NCBI GenBank assembly: GCA_051003235.1
Contig: JBPCLN010000166.1
Span: forward strand, 27,635 to 91,634
DNA length: 64,000 bases
From: Chloroflexota bacterium
GTDB lineage: Bacteria; Chloroflexota; UBA4733
Direction: 5' to 3'
Under the pieces are notes generated by a model. The model did no database searches. It saw only the letters and a list, made by a program, of their open reading frames with translations, and was not told the origin of the DNA. The position numbers and the translations under genes were made by a program. Of this stretch, positions 1 to 8,840 are shown one piece after another. Every line of letters starts with the position of its first letter. The stretch's first letter is position 1.

Positions 1-1
1 T

Positions 2-106
2 GGCGGCCGGCGTATCCGCGAGCCCAACGCCGAGGTGACGCCGGCCGACGGGCTCGTTCTGCGTGTCGGCAAGGCCGGGTGGGCAACCTTGCGGGTCGAA
101 CCCTAG
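2..106 (+). CDS. 3' end of an unidentified CDS entering from upstream of the window
   Basis: The frame is open from the window edge to TAG at 104-106. GC3 bias is strong (about 29 of 34 codons end in G or C). The product is not recognisable from 34 aa. Confidence 0.3.
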   Translation, partial: GGRRIREPNAEVTPADGLVLRVGKAGWATLRVEP

Positions 107-167
107 CCGATGGGCGGCGGAATGCGGAACCCGAGGTAGTCAGGCAGCGAACCAGCGTAGCGGAATT

Positions 168-201
168 CATAGGTACTTTAAGGTAAATTAACGTACCTAT
201 G
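168..201. promoter_or_regulatory. Perfect 9-bp inverted repeat CATAGGTAC-N16-GTACCTATG in an AT-rich spacer upstream of mdh; candidate operator or promoter element
   Basis: The arms lie at 168-176 and 193-201 and were read directly. This is the only AT-rich stretch between the upstream stop (106) and the mdh start (298). Confidence 0.3.
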
Positions 202-297
202 TCCGGCGGGGTGGACGCCGGCCCTAATTGGGCCTACACTGCTCTCCGAAACGCGGTGGGCCGGCTCCAGGCGCCGGACCGGAAGAGGAAGCAACAC

Positions 298-1224
298 ATG
301 CGAAAAAAAGTGGCGATCATCGGCGCGGGGCAGGTTGGCGCGACCACCGGCCTGCTCCTCGCTCAGCGAGACGTCTATGACGTCACCTTTGTCGAGATCA
401 TGGAAGGGGTCGGCGCCGGTAAAGGACTCGACATGCTCGAAGCCGGCCCGGTCCTGGGCTTCGATACGGCGGTGGAAGGGACGAGCGATCCGGCGGCCAT
501 TGCCGGCGCCGATCTGGTGATCGTCACCTCCGGCATGCCCCGCAAACCCGGCATGAGCCGCACCGACCTGCTGAACGCCAACGCCGATATTGTCCGTCAG
601 AACGCCGCGAATCTGGTGAAATATGCGCCAGAGGCCACCGTTATTATGTTAAATAACCCGCTTGATCCGATGACGCAACTCTGCTACCAGGCGACCGGCT
701 TCCCGCGCGAGCGAATGATCGGCCAGGCGGGGGTGCTCGACTCGGCGCGCTTCCGCACCTTCATCGCTCAGGAGTTACAGGTCTCCGTGGAGGATGTCAC
801 GGCTTTCGTGTTGGGCGGGCACGGCGACGAGATGGTGCCGGTGCCGCGCTACTCCACCGTCGCCGGCATCCCGATCACGGAGCTCCTGTCGGCGGAACGC
901 ATCGCCGCCATCGTCAAGCGCACCGCTGGCGGCGGTGGGGAGATCGTCAATCTACTGAAGACCGGCAGCGCCTTCTATGCGCCGGCCGCGGCGCTGGCCG
1001 AGATGGCCGATTCGATCCTGCTGGACAAGAAACGGGTGCTTCCTTGCTCGGCCTACTTGCAGGGCGAATACGGCATCAAGGACCTCTACTTCGGTGTCCC
1101 CTGCAAGCTCGGTGCCAAGGGACTGGAACAGATCATCGAAGTGCACCTGACGGACAGTGAACGGGCCGCCCTGGAACGCTCCGCCGCCGCCGTGCGCGGC
1201 ATGGTGGCGGAACTGGGACTGTAA
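298..1224 (+). CDS. mdh: NAD-dependent malate dehydrogenase (LDH-like MDH family)
   Basis: Rossmann N-terminus MRKKVAIIGAGQVGAT and the LDH/MDH core motifs VIVTSGMPRKPGMSRTDLL and GGHGDEMVP are present. The ATG at 298 follows GGAAGAGGAA. The longer ORF from 199 adds a non-homologous leader. Confidence 0.9.
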   Translation: MRKKVAIIGAGQVGATTGLLLAQRDVYDVTFVEIMEGVGAGKGLDMLEAGPVLGFDTAVEGTSDPAAIAGADLVIVTSGMPRKPGMSRTDLLNANADIVRQNAANLVKYAPEATVIMLNNPLDPMTQLCYQATGFPRERMIGQAGVLDSARFRTFIAQELQVSVEDVTAFVLGGHGDEMVPVPRYSTVAGIPITELLSAERIAAIVKRTAGGGGEIVNLLKTGSAFYAPAAALAEMADSILLDKKRVLPCSAYLQGEYGIKDLYFGVPCKLGAKGLEQIIEVHLTDSERAALERSAAAVRGMVAELGL

Positions 1225-1227
1225 GCG

Positions 1228-3237
1228 ATGGGGTCGCCAACACTGGAACTGCAAACGGCCACGGCCGTCTATGCCCCACCCCGCCCGCCCGCCGACCGCC
1301 GCATGACCGCCGTGCGGCGCATCGATCAGACGTACACGCTACCTACATTCGAGACGCGATCGGCGTGGGAAGCGCGCAAGGAGGAACTCCGGCAGCAGAT
1401 CCTCTGTGCCGCCGGGCTCTGGCCCGCACCGCCGCGCACCGCGTTGGAACCCCAGCACGGACCCCGCCAGACCTTCGACGGTTACTGCGTGGAGACGGTC
1501 GCGATCGAAAGTCTCCCCGGCTTTTATCTCACCGGCAACCTGTATCGACCGCTCCACCTTAGCGGTAGGGCGCCGGGGCTGCTCAATCCGCACGGCCATT
1601 CCAAAGGTGGGCGGTTGGAGCACACCCCCATTAGCAGTACGCCGGCGCGCTGCATCAGCTTTGCCCGCCAGGGGTACCTCGCCTTTGCCTACGACATGAT
1701 CGGCTATAACGACGCCCGCCAGATTCCTCACCACTTTGGCACGCCGCGCGACTGGCTCTGGGGCCTGGGCGCGCTCGGCCTCCAACTTTGGAACAGCGTC
1801 CGGGCCCTGGATTTCCTGCTGTCCCTACCGGAGGTCGATCCCGCCCGCGTGGGCTGCGTCGGCGAATCGGGCGGCGCCACGCAAACCTTTCTCCTCGCGG
1901 CGATCGACGAGCGTCTGCGTTATGTCGCGCCGGTCGTGATGGTGTCGGCCCACTATCAGGGGGGCTGCGTCTGCGAGAATGCGCCCGGCCTGCGCCTCGG
2001 CGCCTCCAACCTGGAAATTGCCGCCATGGCGGCGCCCCGGCCGATGACGCTGGTATCCGCCACCGGCGATTGGACCTGCAATACGCCGACGGTCGAGTAT
2101 CCGGCCATTCGCCGCATCTATGACTTGTACGACGCGGCGGAGCACTTGTCGGAGACGCAGATCACTGCGCCGCACAATTTCAATCGAGATAGCCGCGAAG
2201 CGGTGTACCGCTTCTTTGCCCACTATTTTCAGGGCGCGCCCGCCGATCAAGCGGTGGCGGAACAACCGCTCGTCCCGCCGCCGGATGACGCCCTGCGAGT
2301 CTTCCCTACGGCGCTCCCCGCGAACGCGCTGGATAGCGCCGGCCTGCGGGAGGCAACGCGCCAACAGGTCATGGCCCAGTGGCGTGCCGCCGTGCCCGAC
2401 GACGCCGCGAGCCTGGAGCGCTTTCGGACGGCCTTTGGCGTGCCGTACCGCTTCGCTCTTGATCCCCAACCATGTCGCCCTGCCGACATTGACACTCAGC
2501 GCCTCGGTGGGGTGGACTTCGGCGGGCATGCGGCAACCCGCCTGCTGGTGGGACGGGCGGACGGCGGGCGGCTTCCGACCCTCTTCGTCGCCGGAGCGCC
2601 GGCGCAGCGTCCTGTCGTGCTCGTTCACCCCGCCGGTAAGAGCGCCTTCTTCGCGGCGCCGGACGGCACAGTGCAGCCGGGTGGAATGCTGGCCGGGTTG
2701 CTCAACGCCGGTAGGCCGGTGCTGCTGGTCGACGCCTTCCTCACGGGCGACTACCAGACGCCGGCGGCCCTCTCCGGCCGCGACCAATCGTCGCCGCACT
2801 TCCTCACCTTCAATCAGAGCGACAGCGCGCTACGGGTGCAGGATGTTGTCACGGCGGTCGCCGCCGCGCGCCGGCTCGCGTCGGCCGACACGGTCGACCT
2901 GGTGGGGTTGGCGGAAGCCGGCCTGTGGTGCATCCTGGCGCGGGCCCTAGCGGACGGGGTTGGCAAATTGCTGGCCTCAGGGGGGCAATTCGATGCCGAG
3001 GGCGACGACGAGTACATTGAGCGCCTGTACATTCCCGGACTACGCCGGTGCGGCGGGTTGGCGACCGCGCTCCTCCTTGCAGCGCCGGGGCGGGCCCGGC
3101 TATTTGCGTTCCCTTCCCCAACGGCAACCGAGCCGGCGGCCAGTCTCTACCGTGCCCTGGGCGCTTCCGACCGCTTTCTGGCGCAGGCCGCCGACATGGA
3201 TGACGACCACCTGCTCCGCCTGTTGTCGGAGTCGTGA
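1228..3237 (+). CDS. Alpha/beta hydrolase, acetyl-xylan-esterase/dienelactone-hydrolase-like N-terminal domain plus about 300-aa C-terminal extension
   Basis: Nucleophile elbow GESGGA sits in a typical alpha/beta-hydrolase context. The C-terminal half looks like a second hydrolase fold with a non-canonical elbow (VGLAEAGLW). The gene is tightly packed between mdh and the PAP2 gene. Confidence 0.7.
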   Translation: MGSPTLELQTATAVYAPPRPPADRRMTAVRRIDQTYTLPTFETRSAWEARKEELRQQILCAAGLWPAPPRTALEPQHGPRQTFDGYCVETVAIESLPGFYLTGNLYRPLHLSGRAPGLLNPHGHSKGGRLEHTPISSTPARCISFARQGYLAFAYDMIGYNDARQIPHHFGTPRDWLWGLGALGLQLWNSVRALDFLLSLPEVDPARVGCVGESGGATQTFLLAAIDERLRYVAPVVMVSAHYQGGCVCENAPGLRLGASNLEIAAMAAPRPMTLVSATGDWTCNTPTVEYPAIRRIYDLYDAAEHLSETQITAPHNFNRDSREAVYRFFAHYFQGAPADQAVAEQPLVPPPDDALRVFPTALPANALDSAGLREATRQQVMAQWRAAVPDDAASLERFRTAFGVPYRFALDPQPCRPADIDTQRLGGVDFGGHAATRLLVGRADGGRLPTLFVAGAPAQRPVVLVHPAGKSAFFAAPDGTVQPGGMLAGLLNAGRPVLLVDAFLTGDYQTPAALSGRDQSSPHFLTFNQSDSALRVQDVVTAVAAARRLASADTVDLVGLAEAGLWCILARALADGVGKLLASGGQFDAEGDDEYIERLYIPGLRRCGGLATALLLAAPGRARLFAFPSPTATEPAASLYRALGASDRFLAQAADMDDDHLLRLLSES

Positions 3238-3962
3238 TGACCAACGGCGAGGCGCCCTTGACCCTGCCACGCTCCATCGCCCTGGCCAGAGGCCGTCGGG
3301 GAACGCTCCTGGCGGCGGGCTTGCTGGCCGGCTTTGGTGGGCTGTTTGCCCTGGTACGGGCAAACCGCAGCCTGGCCGTGGACGTCGCAGTCACCATCCG
3401 TGTCCAGCGGTTCCGCTCGCGCCGCCTGGCCCGCCTGATGGAGGTAACCGCCTGGCTCGGCTTCGCACCCCAGAGCCGAATCATTCCGCCCGCCATCGCC
3501 GTAGCGCTCTGGTTGGCGCGCCTGCGGATGGAAGCGGTGTTTGCCCTGTTGGCCTGGGGCAGCGCCTTCCTCTCCACAATGGTCAAGGCCATGATGCGCC
3601 GGCCACGTCCCGATCATCCCTCCGTCCAGGTTGCCGTCGCCGAACTGGCCGGGACCAGCTTTCCCAGCGGTCACACGCTCGCCTACGTCGGCGTGTACGG
3701 CTACCTGGCGTATCTCGCGTACACCCTGTTGCGCCCGGCGGCCCTCCGTCGTTCGGTGGTCGCCTTGCTCTCCGCCTTGCTGGCCCTGGTCGGTCCCAGC
3801 CGGGTGTACGCCGGTCACCACTGGTCGACGGATGTTCTCGCCTCCTACTTCCTCGGCTTCAGCTACCTGATCGGCCTCACCGCCCTCTACCGCCGGGCGA
3901 AGGCGTTTGAGAACCGGAAACGACCCGAACCCGGCGGCGTTACGATGGCGACCATTCGGTAA
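3234..3962 (+). CDS. PAP2-family (type 2 phosphatidic acid / undecaprenyl-diphosphate-like) membrane phosphatase
   Basis: All three PAP2 motifs are present: KAMMRRPRP, FPSGHT and SRVYAGHHWSTDV. There are multiple hydrophobic helices. The start overlaps the upstream stop (GTGATGA). Confidence 0.85.
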   Translation: MMTNGEAPLTLPRSIALARGRRGTLLAAGLLAGFGGLFALVRANRSLAVDVAVTIRVQRFRSRRLARLMEVTAWLGFAPQSRIIPPAIAVALWLARLRMEAVFALLAWGSAFLSTMVKAMMRRPRPDHPSVQVAVAELAGTSFPSGHTLAYVGVYGYLAYLAYTLLRPAALRRSVVALLSALLALVGPSRVYAGHHWSTDVLASYFLGFSYLIGLTALYRRAKAFENRKRPEPGGVTMATIR

Positions 3963-3972
3963 GGAGTGACGC

Positions 3973-4803
3973 ATGCAGATCCTCAACGATCCCACACCCT
4001 GGTGGAGTGGGCTGGACGACCATCCCCTCTCCATCGTTGATCTCATGGCGGCCGGTACGATTCCCGCCACGACCGCGGCGGCGCTCTGGTGGGCGGTGGA
4101 ACGCGGCGCTTCCTTCTTTACGGCGGGGGGACCGTCCGGCGCGGGGAAGTCGACCCTGGCGAACGCCATCCTGAGTTTCTTGCCCGATGCGGCGCGCATC
4201 TACGTCGTCGTCGGACGTGATGATCTCTTTACCCTTCCCACAGGAGCGGAGCCGACCTACCTCTTGATCAGCGAACTCAGCTCCCACGGCCGTCCCTTTT
4301 ATTTGTCGGGGCCGGCCGCCCTGCACGCCTTCCGCCTGTTGGGTGACGGCGTGCGGATGATCGGCACGCTGCACGCGGAAAGCGTGACGGAGGCGGTGAC
4401 GAGTGTGCTGAGCGCGGAAATGGCGATACCGGCGGCGGCCATCGCCCGCATTACCTTCCTCGCCATCATCCGGGTCGACGGACCGCGCGACATACACGGC
4501 CGCGTCGAGCGCCGGCGGACGGACCTGACGCGGCGCGTGATCGAGATTAGTTTGCTCAGCGCGAACAACGGTCAGGTTCGCATCAGCCCGCTGGCAGGCT
4601 GGAACGACGGGTCCGGAACGTTAGAGCCGGTTCCCGCCGGTGTCGCCGCCCTCGCCGCCTGGGCCGGCGTGCCGGGCGCCGATGCCGAGGCCGCGATCAC
4701 GGCGCGGGCCGATGTCCTAACCGCGCTGTTGAAAGCCGGGCGGCGCGCCCCAGAAGACGTTGCCGCGGCGGTGCGCGGCGTTCGGGACCAGGCGGCGAGC
4801 TGA
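3973..4803 (+). CDS. Stand-alone P-loop ATPase resembling type II/IV secretion (VirB11/CpaF/PilT-class) ATPase cores
   Basis: Walker A is GGPSGAGKST, followed by an ISELS Walker-B-like segment and a GTLHA His-box-like segment, as in secretion ATPases. RBS AAGGAG lies 6 nt upstream. No secretion-machinery partner genes are nearby. Confidence 0.55.
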   Translation: MQILNDPTPWWSGLDDHPLSIVDLMAAGTIPATTAAALWWAVERGASFFTAGGPSGAGKSTLANAILSFLPDAARIYVVVGRDDLFTLPTGAEPTYLLISELSSHGRPFYLSGPAALHAFRLLGDGVRMIGTLHAESVTEAVTSVLSAEMAIPAAAIARITFLAIIRVDGPRDIHGRVERRRTDLTRRVIEISLLSANNGQVRISPLAGWNDGSGTLEPVPAGVAALAAWAGVPGADAEAAITARADVLTALLKAGRRAPEDVAAAVRGVRDQAAS

Positions 4804-4849
4804 TCCCCGTGCGAATCAGTTCGTGTGGCTTGGCGTCATAGGGACGCTG

Positions 4850-6583
4850 TTAACCTTCCGACCGTTTCTCCCTGGCCGGACCGGAACCTTCTCCTTGCCC
4901 CGTCCCGAAGCGCTGGCCCAGCAGCTCCTGCAACTGGGCGAAGCTGATGCCGTGTTGCTCGGCAATCTCCGAGGCGTAGCTCACGCCGCGCGGCGGACCG
5001 GGCCGGATGCGGTAGGTCCGGCGATGGCCGGCCGCGACCACTGTTTCCTCACCTTCCACGCCGGCGACCAGGCTTCCCGCGGCGCTGAAGCCGACCGTTT
5101 CGGCGTTGATGGCCGCCGTCCTGGCCGCTAGCTCGTGAAGATGGGTGGCGTAAATCGCTCGGGCGCCGAGCAGGCGGAGGCCGCGTACGGCGTCGATGGC
5201 GAGCCCCAGGGCCTCGACGGCGCTGGTGCCGGCCAGCACCTCGTTGAGCAAGATAAGACTCTGCGGTGTGGCGGCCTGGAAGATGGCCGCTAACCGGTCG
5301 GCCTCTTCGTCCAGCCGGCCCATGCCGAGTTGCGACCCTTCCGGGCTGGGAAAGTGGGTGTGAATGGCGTCGACGGGGCTGAGTCGTGCGTCGCTCGCCG
5401 GTACCGGCAGGCCGGCCTGGAAGAGGAGATGAATCAAGCCGATGGCGCGGGTGAAGGTCGTTTTGCCGCCCCGATTCGGTCCGGTCAAAATCCAGACTCG
5501 CGCGCTCTCCTCATCGAAGGTCATCTCGTTGGTGACGATGCCGGAGCCAGCCGCGCGCGGTTGCTTGGCGGCGTCCAACGTCCGGAGGGCCAGACTCGGG
5601 TTATAGGCATGGCTCAGCACGCTCACCCGCTCGCCCAGCGGCGCGACGGCCGGCCGGCAGACCGGCAAGCCGGCGGCGGACAGGCGCTCCGCCAGCGCCA
5701 CGCCGTTCAGCAGAAACGACAGTTCCGGCTCCAATGCTTCCAGGACGCCGGCGTGGAGCGCGGCATACCGATCCAGCGCCTGCCCCACCGGCCGCGCCAC
5801 TACCTCGATCAGCTTTCGCAGATCACGGAAGACGCGATTCTCCGGTGAATAGATGTTCACATCCGCCACGCGCAAGGGCGTCAGGCCACGGCCGTCCGGG
5901 TCGCCGCCGAGCAGGCGCTCCAGGAAGGTGCCGCGGCCCTCCAGCTTCTGGGCGGAAATCGACATGATCGTCGCCGCTTCCGGCGTGAGGTCGCGCGATA
6001 GGTTGACGCCGATAGTGACGCTGCCCGCCTCTTCAAGGTGAGCGCGCATGCCGGGGAGCTCTTGACGCAAGGACTGAAATTCCGCCGTCTCCGTCAGGCG
6101 CTGGAGGTGCGCCAGGAGGCTTTTCAGGCCCGCCGAGCACAGCGCAGTCGCATCCAGCGCCGCGAACAGCGCCAGTGCGACATCTACATACAATTCCAGA
6201 TAGGCCAGCCGGTCGGCGATCTGGAGCACCGACCACTGTTCGCGGGGATGATGGCCGCGTCTCAGGGTCAGCGAGGCCAGAGCGGGCAGAACCGCCTGCA
6301 GTCGTTCACGGCGGGCCGCGTCCTGCTGGAGGTCGGCGACGACGTCTTGCCGGTAGCGAATGACGGCATCGTCGGTCACCAGGTCCGCCAGGAGGGCGTT
6401 GACGAAGCGCTCTCGCTTTCCCTCCCCGCCCGTCAGCGCCTGGGCGATTTCGGCCAGATCAAGGTCGTCGCGGGCGGCGCTGGGTAAGCCCAGGCCGGGA
6501 CCAGGGCGGGCGGGCAGGCCGGGAGGCCAGAGCAGGCTCAGGCGCTCGTCTGGCCCGCTTGGCGGCTTACCAATCAATGGCAT
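4850..6583 (-). CDS. MutS-related ATPase (MutS domain III/V only, no mismatch-binding or Smr domain)
   Basis: MutS domain V motifs are present: ILTGPNRGGKTTFTRAIGL, LILLNEVLAGTS and YATHLHEL. The N-terminal half is helical, without the MutS domain I signature. Confidence 0.8.
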   Translation of the reverse strand: MPLIGKPPSGPDERLSLLWPPGLPARPGPGLGLPSAARDDLDLAEIAQALTGGEGKRERFVNALLADLVTDDAVIRYRQDVVADLQQDAARRERLQAVLPALASLTLRRGHHPREQWSVLQIADRLAYLELYVDVALALFAALDATALCSAGLKSLLAHLQRLTETAEFQSLRQELPGMRAHLEEAGSVTIGVNLSRDLTPEAATIMSISAQKLEGRGTFLERLLGGDPDGRGLTPLRVADVNIYSPENRVFRDLRKLIEVVARPVGQALDRYAALHAGVLEALEPELSFLLNGVALAERLSAAGLPVCRPAVAPLGERVSVLSHAYNPSLALRTLDAAKQPRAAGSGIVTNEMTFDEESARVWILTGPNRGGKTTFTRAIGLIHLLFQAGLPVPASDARLSPVDAIHTHFPSPEGSQLGMGRLDEEADRLAAIFQAATPQSLILLNEVLAGTSAVEALGLAIDAVRGLRLLGARAIYATHLHELAARTAAINAETVGFSAAGSLVAGVEGEETVVAAGHRRTYRIRPGPPRGVSYASEIAEQHGISFAQLQELLGQRFGTGQGEGSGPAREKRSEG

Positions 6584-6904
6584 CCTCTGATCCTACGAGC
6601 GGAGCCCTTCCGGCGTGCTGCTTCACCGGACGATGCAGCATCGGATGACCTTGGCAACGCCTCATCAACAGGGCGGACATTGGCTCGGCCGCTGATGATT
6701 GTAGTCGATTCCGGCAGTGGCGTGCGACCGCACCGGCGTGCGACCTTCCGGCAACCTACTCGCGACTGCGCAAGGCAGAATCAATTTCACCATGCTGGCC
6801 GAAAACTTGCTGCTATCGCCCCCCGTAAGGACAGCCGGGTCTAACTTGTCGGTCAGAAGTTGTCCTCGATGGGCGCCTCACCGCACATGGCCTTGTGAGG
6901 ATCA

Positions 6905-7258
6905 ATGATGGCTACCGTCCTTGTCGTGGATGATGAGCTGCCCTTGCGCTCCTTGCTCGCCATGGTCATTCGCGACGCCGGTCATGCCGTCATCCTGGCG
7001 ATCGATGGAAGCCAGGCCCTGGAGGTGATCGGACGGCAGCGGCCGGACCTCGTGCTCTCGGACATTATGATGCCTTTGCTCAACGGGGCGGCGCTTTGCC
7101 GCGGGCTGAAGCTGGCCGCCGATACCGCCAGCATCCCCGTCATCTTGATGAGCGCCGCCGGCAATGCCCTGGCAGAGGGCACCGGCGCCGATGCCTTCCT
7201 GGCCAAGCCATTCGACATTGCCGACGTGGAGGCGTTGCTGGATCGGTGGCTTCCGTAG
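6905..7258 (+). CDS. Single-domain response regulator (CheY-like receiver)
   Basis: Receiver motifs: VLVVDDE, phospho-acceptor context DLVLSDIMMP and a C-terminal KPF. At 117 aa it has no output domain. Confidence 0.85.
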   Translation: MMATVLVVDDELPLRSLLAMVIRDAGHAVILAIDGSQALEVIGRQRPDLVLSDIMMPLLNGAALCRGLKLAADTASIPVILMSAAGNALAEGTGADAFLAKPFDIADVEALLDRWLP

Positions 7259-7422
7259 CGGATCGGAGAGCGCTGATCTTCCGCCGCCCCGGGGCCGCGC
7301 GCGCCGCTCCCAATCTGAATTGTTGGCATCGTACAATTCACGTGAGGGCGCTCCGGTCGGGGCCTGGATTTGACCTGCTGACGCTCCGACCTGGCGGGCA
7401 TACCCGGAAAGGCCACGATTTC

Positions 7423-8106
7423 TTGCTCCGTCCCTTCCTCCTGGCGACCGCCTGCCTGCTCGTCCTGTCCGCCTGCACCCTGATCGTCGCGCCGCAGGCC
7501 GCCGTCCCTCCGCCTCCCAAACCGCTGGTGTACGTGGCCATCGGTGCCTCCGATGCCGTCGGCGTTGGCGCCGCCGGCCCCGCCGAAAGCTGGGTGGCCG
7601 ATCTGGCCAAGAAGCTGCCCGATGGCTCGCGTCTCGTTAACCTTGGCATCAGCGGCGAAACATTGCACGGAGCGCTGACCGATGAATTGCCCATTGCCGT
7701 GGACGCCAACCCCGATCTCGTCACCATCTGGCTCGCCGTCAACGATCTCAATGCCCGCGTCACGCCGGAGCGCTATGAACAGGACCTGGATACAATGCTT
7801 GGTACGTTACACCAACAGACCCACGCTCGGGTGGCCGTCGCCAACGTCCCCGACCTCTCTCTGGTGCCGGCCTATAGCGGCATCGACCCTGCCCTCGTCG
7901 CCCAGGGCGTTGATCGTTGGAACACCATTATCGCTCGGCAGGCTGCTCGGAACGGTGCGACCCTTATCGACCTGCATGGCAGCTGGCGGGATCTGGCGGC
8001 TCATCCGGAGTATGTCGGCCTCGACGGCTTTCATCCAAGCGCCGACGGCTACCAGCGTCTAGCCGACCTCTTCTACCGCAGCCTGCGGGCCCAGGGCCTG
8101 GTATGA
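7423..8106 (+). CDS. SGNH/GDSL-family hydrolase, probable lipoprotein
   Basis: SGNH blocks are [23 protein letters not shown] and GFHPSADGY. Lipobox-like signal is LLVLSAC. I place the start at TTG 7423 after GGAAAGG. The ORF-track start at 7096 overlaps the response regulator and is not homologous. Confidence 0.7.
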   Translation: MLRPFLLATACLLVLSACTLIVAPQAAVPPPPKPLVYVAIGASDAVGVGAAGPAESWVADLAKKLPDGSRLVNLGISGETLHGALTDELPIAVDANPDLVTIWLAVNDLNARVTPERYEQDLDTMLGTLHQQTHARVAVANVPDLSLVPAYSGIDPALVAQGVDRWNTIIARQAARNGATLIDLHGSWRDLAAHPEYVGLDGFHPSADGYQRLADLFYRSLRAQGLV

Positions 8107-8840
8107 CCGGTAGCATCGACCGGGGCGACCCGCCAATCGTGGAGGCGCGCCAGATCCGCAAGGCCTACCAGAGCGGACTGGTGCGGCACGAGGCGTTGCG
8201 CGGGGTCGATTTGCGGGTCGGGCGGGGCGAAATGGTGGCGATCATGGGGCCTAGCGGCTGTGGTAAGACGACGCTGCTGAACTGCCTTTCCGGCCTGGAC
8301 GATGTCGACGCCGGGGAGGTACTGATCGACGGCACGTCGCTGGCCGGCATGTCCGACTACGCCCGCACCGCCTACCGCGCGCGGCGGATGGGCTTCGCGT
8401 TTCAATCCTATAACCTCTTGCCGGTACTCTCCGCGTTGGAGAACGTCGAACTGCCCTTGCTGGTCGCCGGGACTCCGGCGCGCGCCGCGCGGCAGCGCGC
8501 CCTGCGCGTCCTGGAAGAGGTGGGCTTAGAGGCCCAGGGCCGGAACCGGCCCAACCAACTTTCCGGCGGTCAACAGCAGCGGGTGGCCATTGCCCGCGCC
8601 CTCGTCGGGCAGCCCGCCATTATCTGGGCCGACGAACCGACCGGCAACCTCGACAGCGAGGCGGCGGAAGACATCCTGGGCCTCCTGGAACGGCTCAATC
8701 GGGAACGTCGCCAGACGTTTGTCATCGTCACCCACGCCGCGGAAGTCGGCGCGCGTACCGACCGCATTGTGCGGATGCGCGACGGCGTGATTGTGGCCTT
8801 GGAAACGACGGCCCGTCAGGCGGAACGAGTGGCGCGGTGA
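8103..8840 (+). CDS. ABC transporter ATP-binding protein (MacB/LolD/FtsE-like)
   Basis: Walker [10 protein letters not shown], signature [15 protein letters not shown] and Walker [13 protein letters not shown] are present. ATG 8103 overlaps the upstream stop (ATGA). Confidence 0.9.
   Translation: MTGSIDRGDPPIVEARQIRKAYQSGLVRHEALRGVDLRVGRGEMVAIMGPSGCGKTTLLNCLSGLDDVDAGEVLIDGTSLAGMSDYARTAYRARRMGFAFQSYNLLPVLSALENVELPLLVAGTPARAARQRALRVLEEVGLEAQGRNRPNQLSGGQQQRVAIARALVGQPAIIWADEPTGNLDSEAAEDILGLLERLNRERRQTFVIVTHAAEVGARTDRIVRMRDGVIVALETTARQAERVAR

Noticed and set aside
6584-6904. 320-bp gap upstream of the response regulator, with a short direct repeat GGCGTGCGACC x2 and ORF 6717-6908
   Set aside because: The ORF translation is implausible and lacks an RBS. 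The 11-bp repeat is too short to interpret. This is probably just a promoter region for divergent genes.
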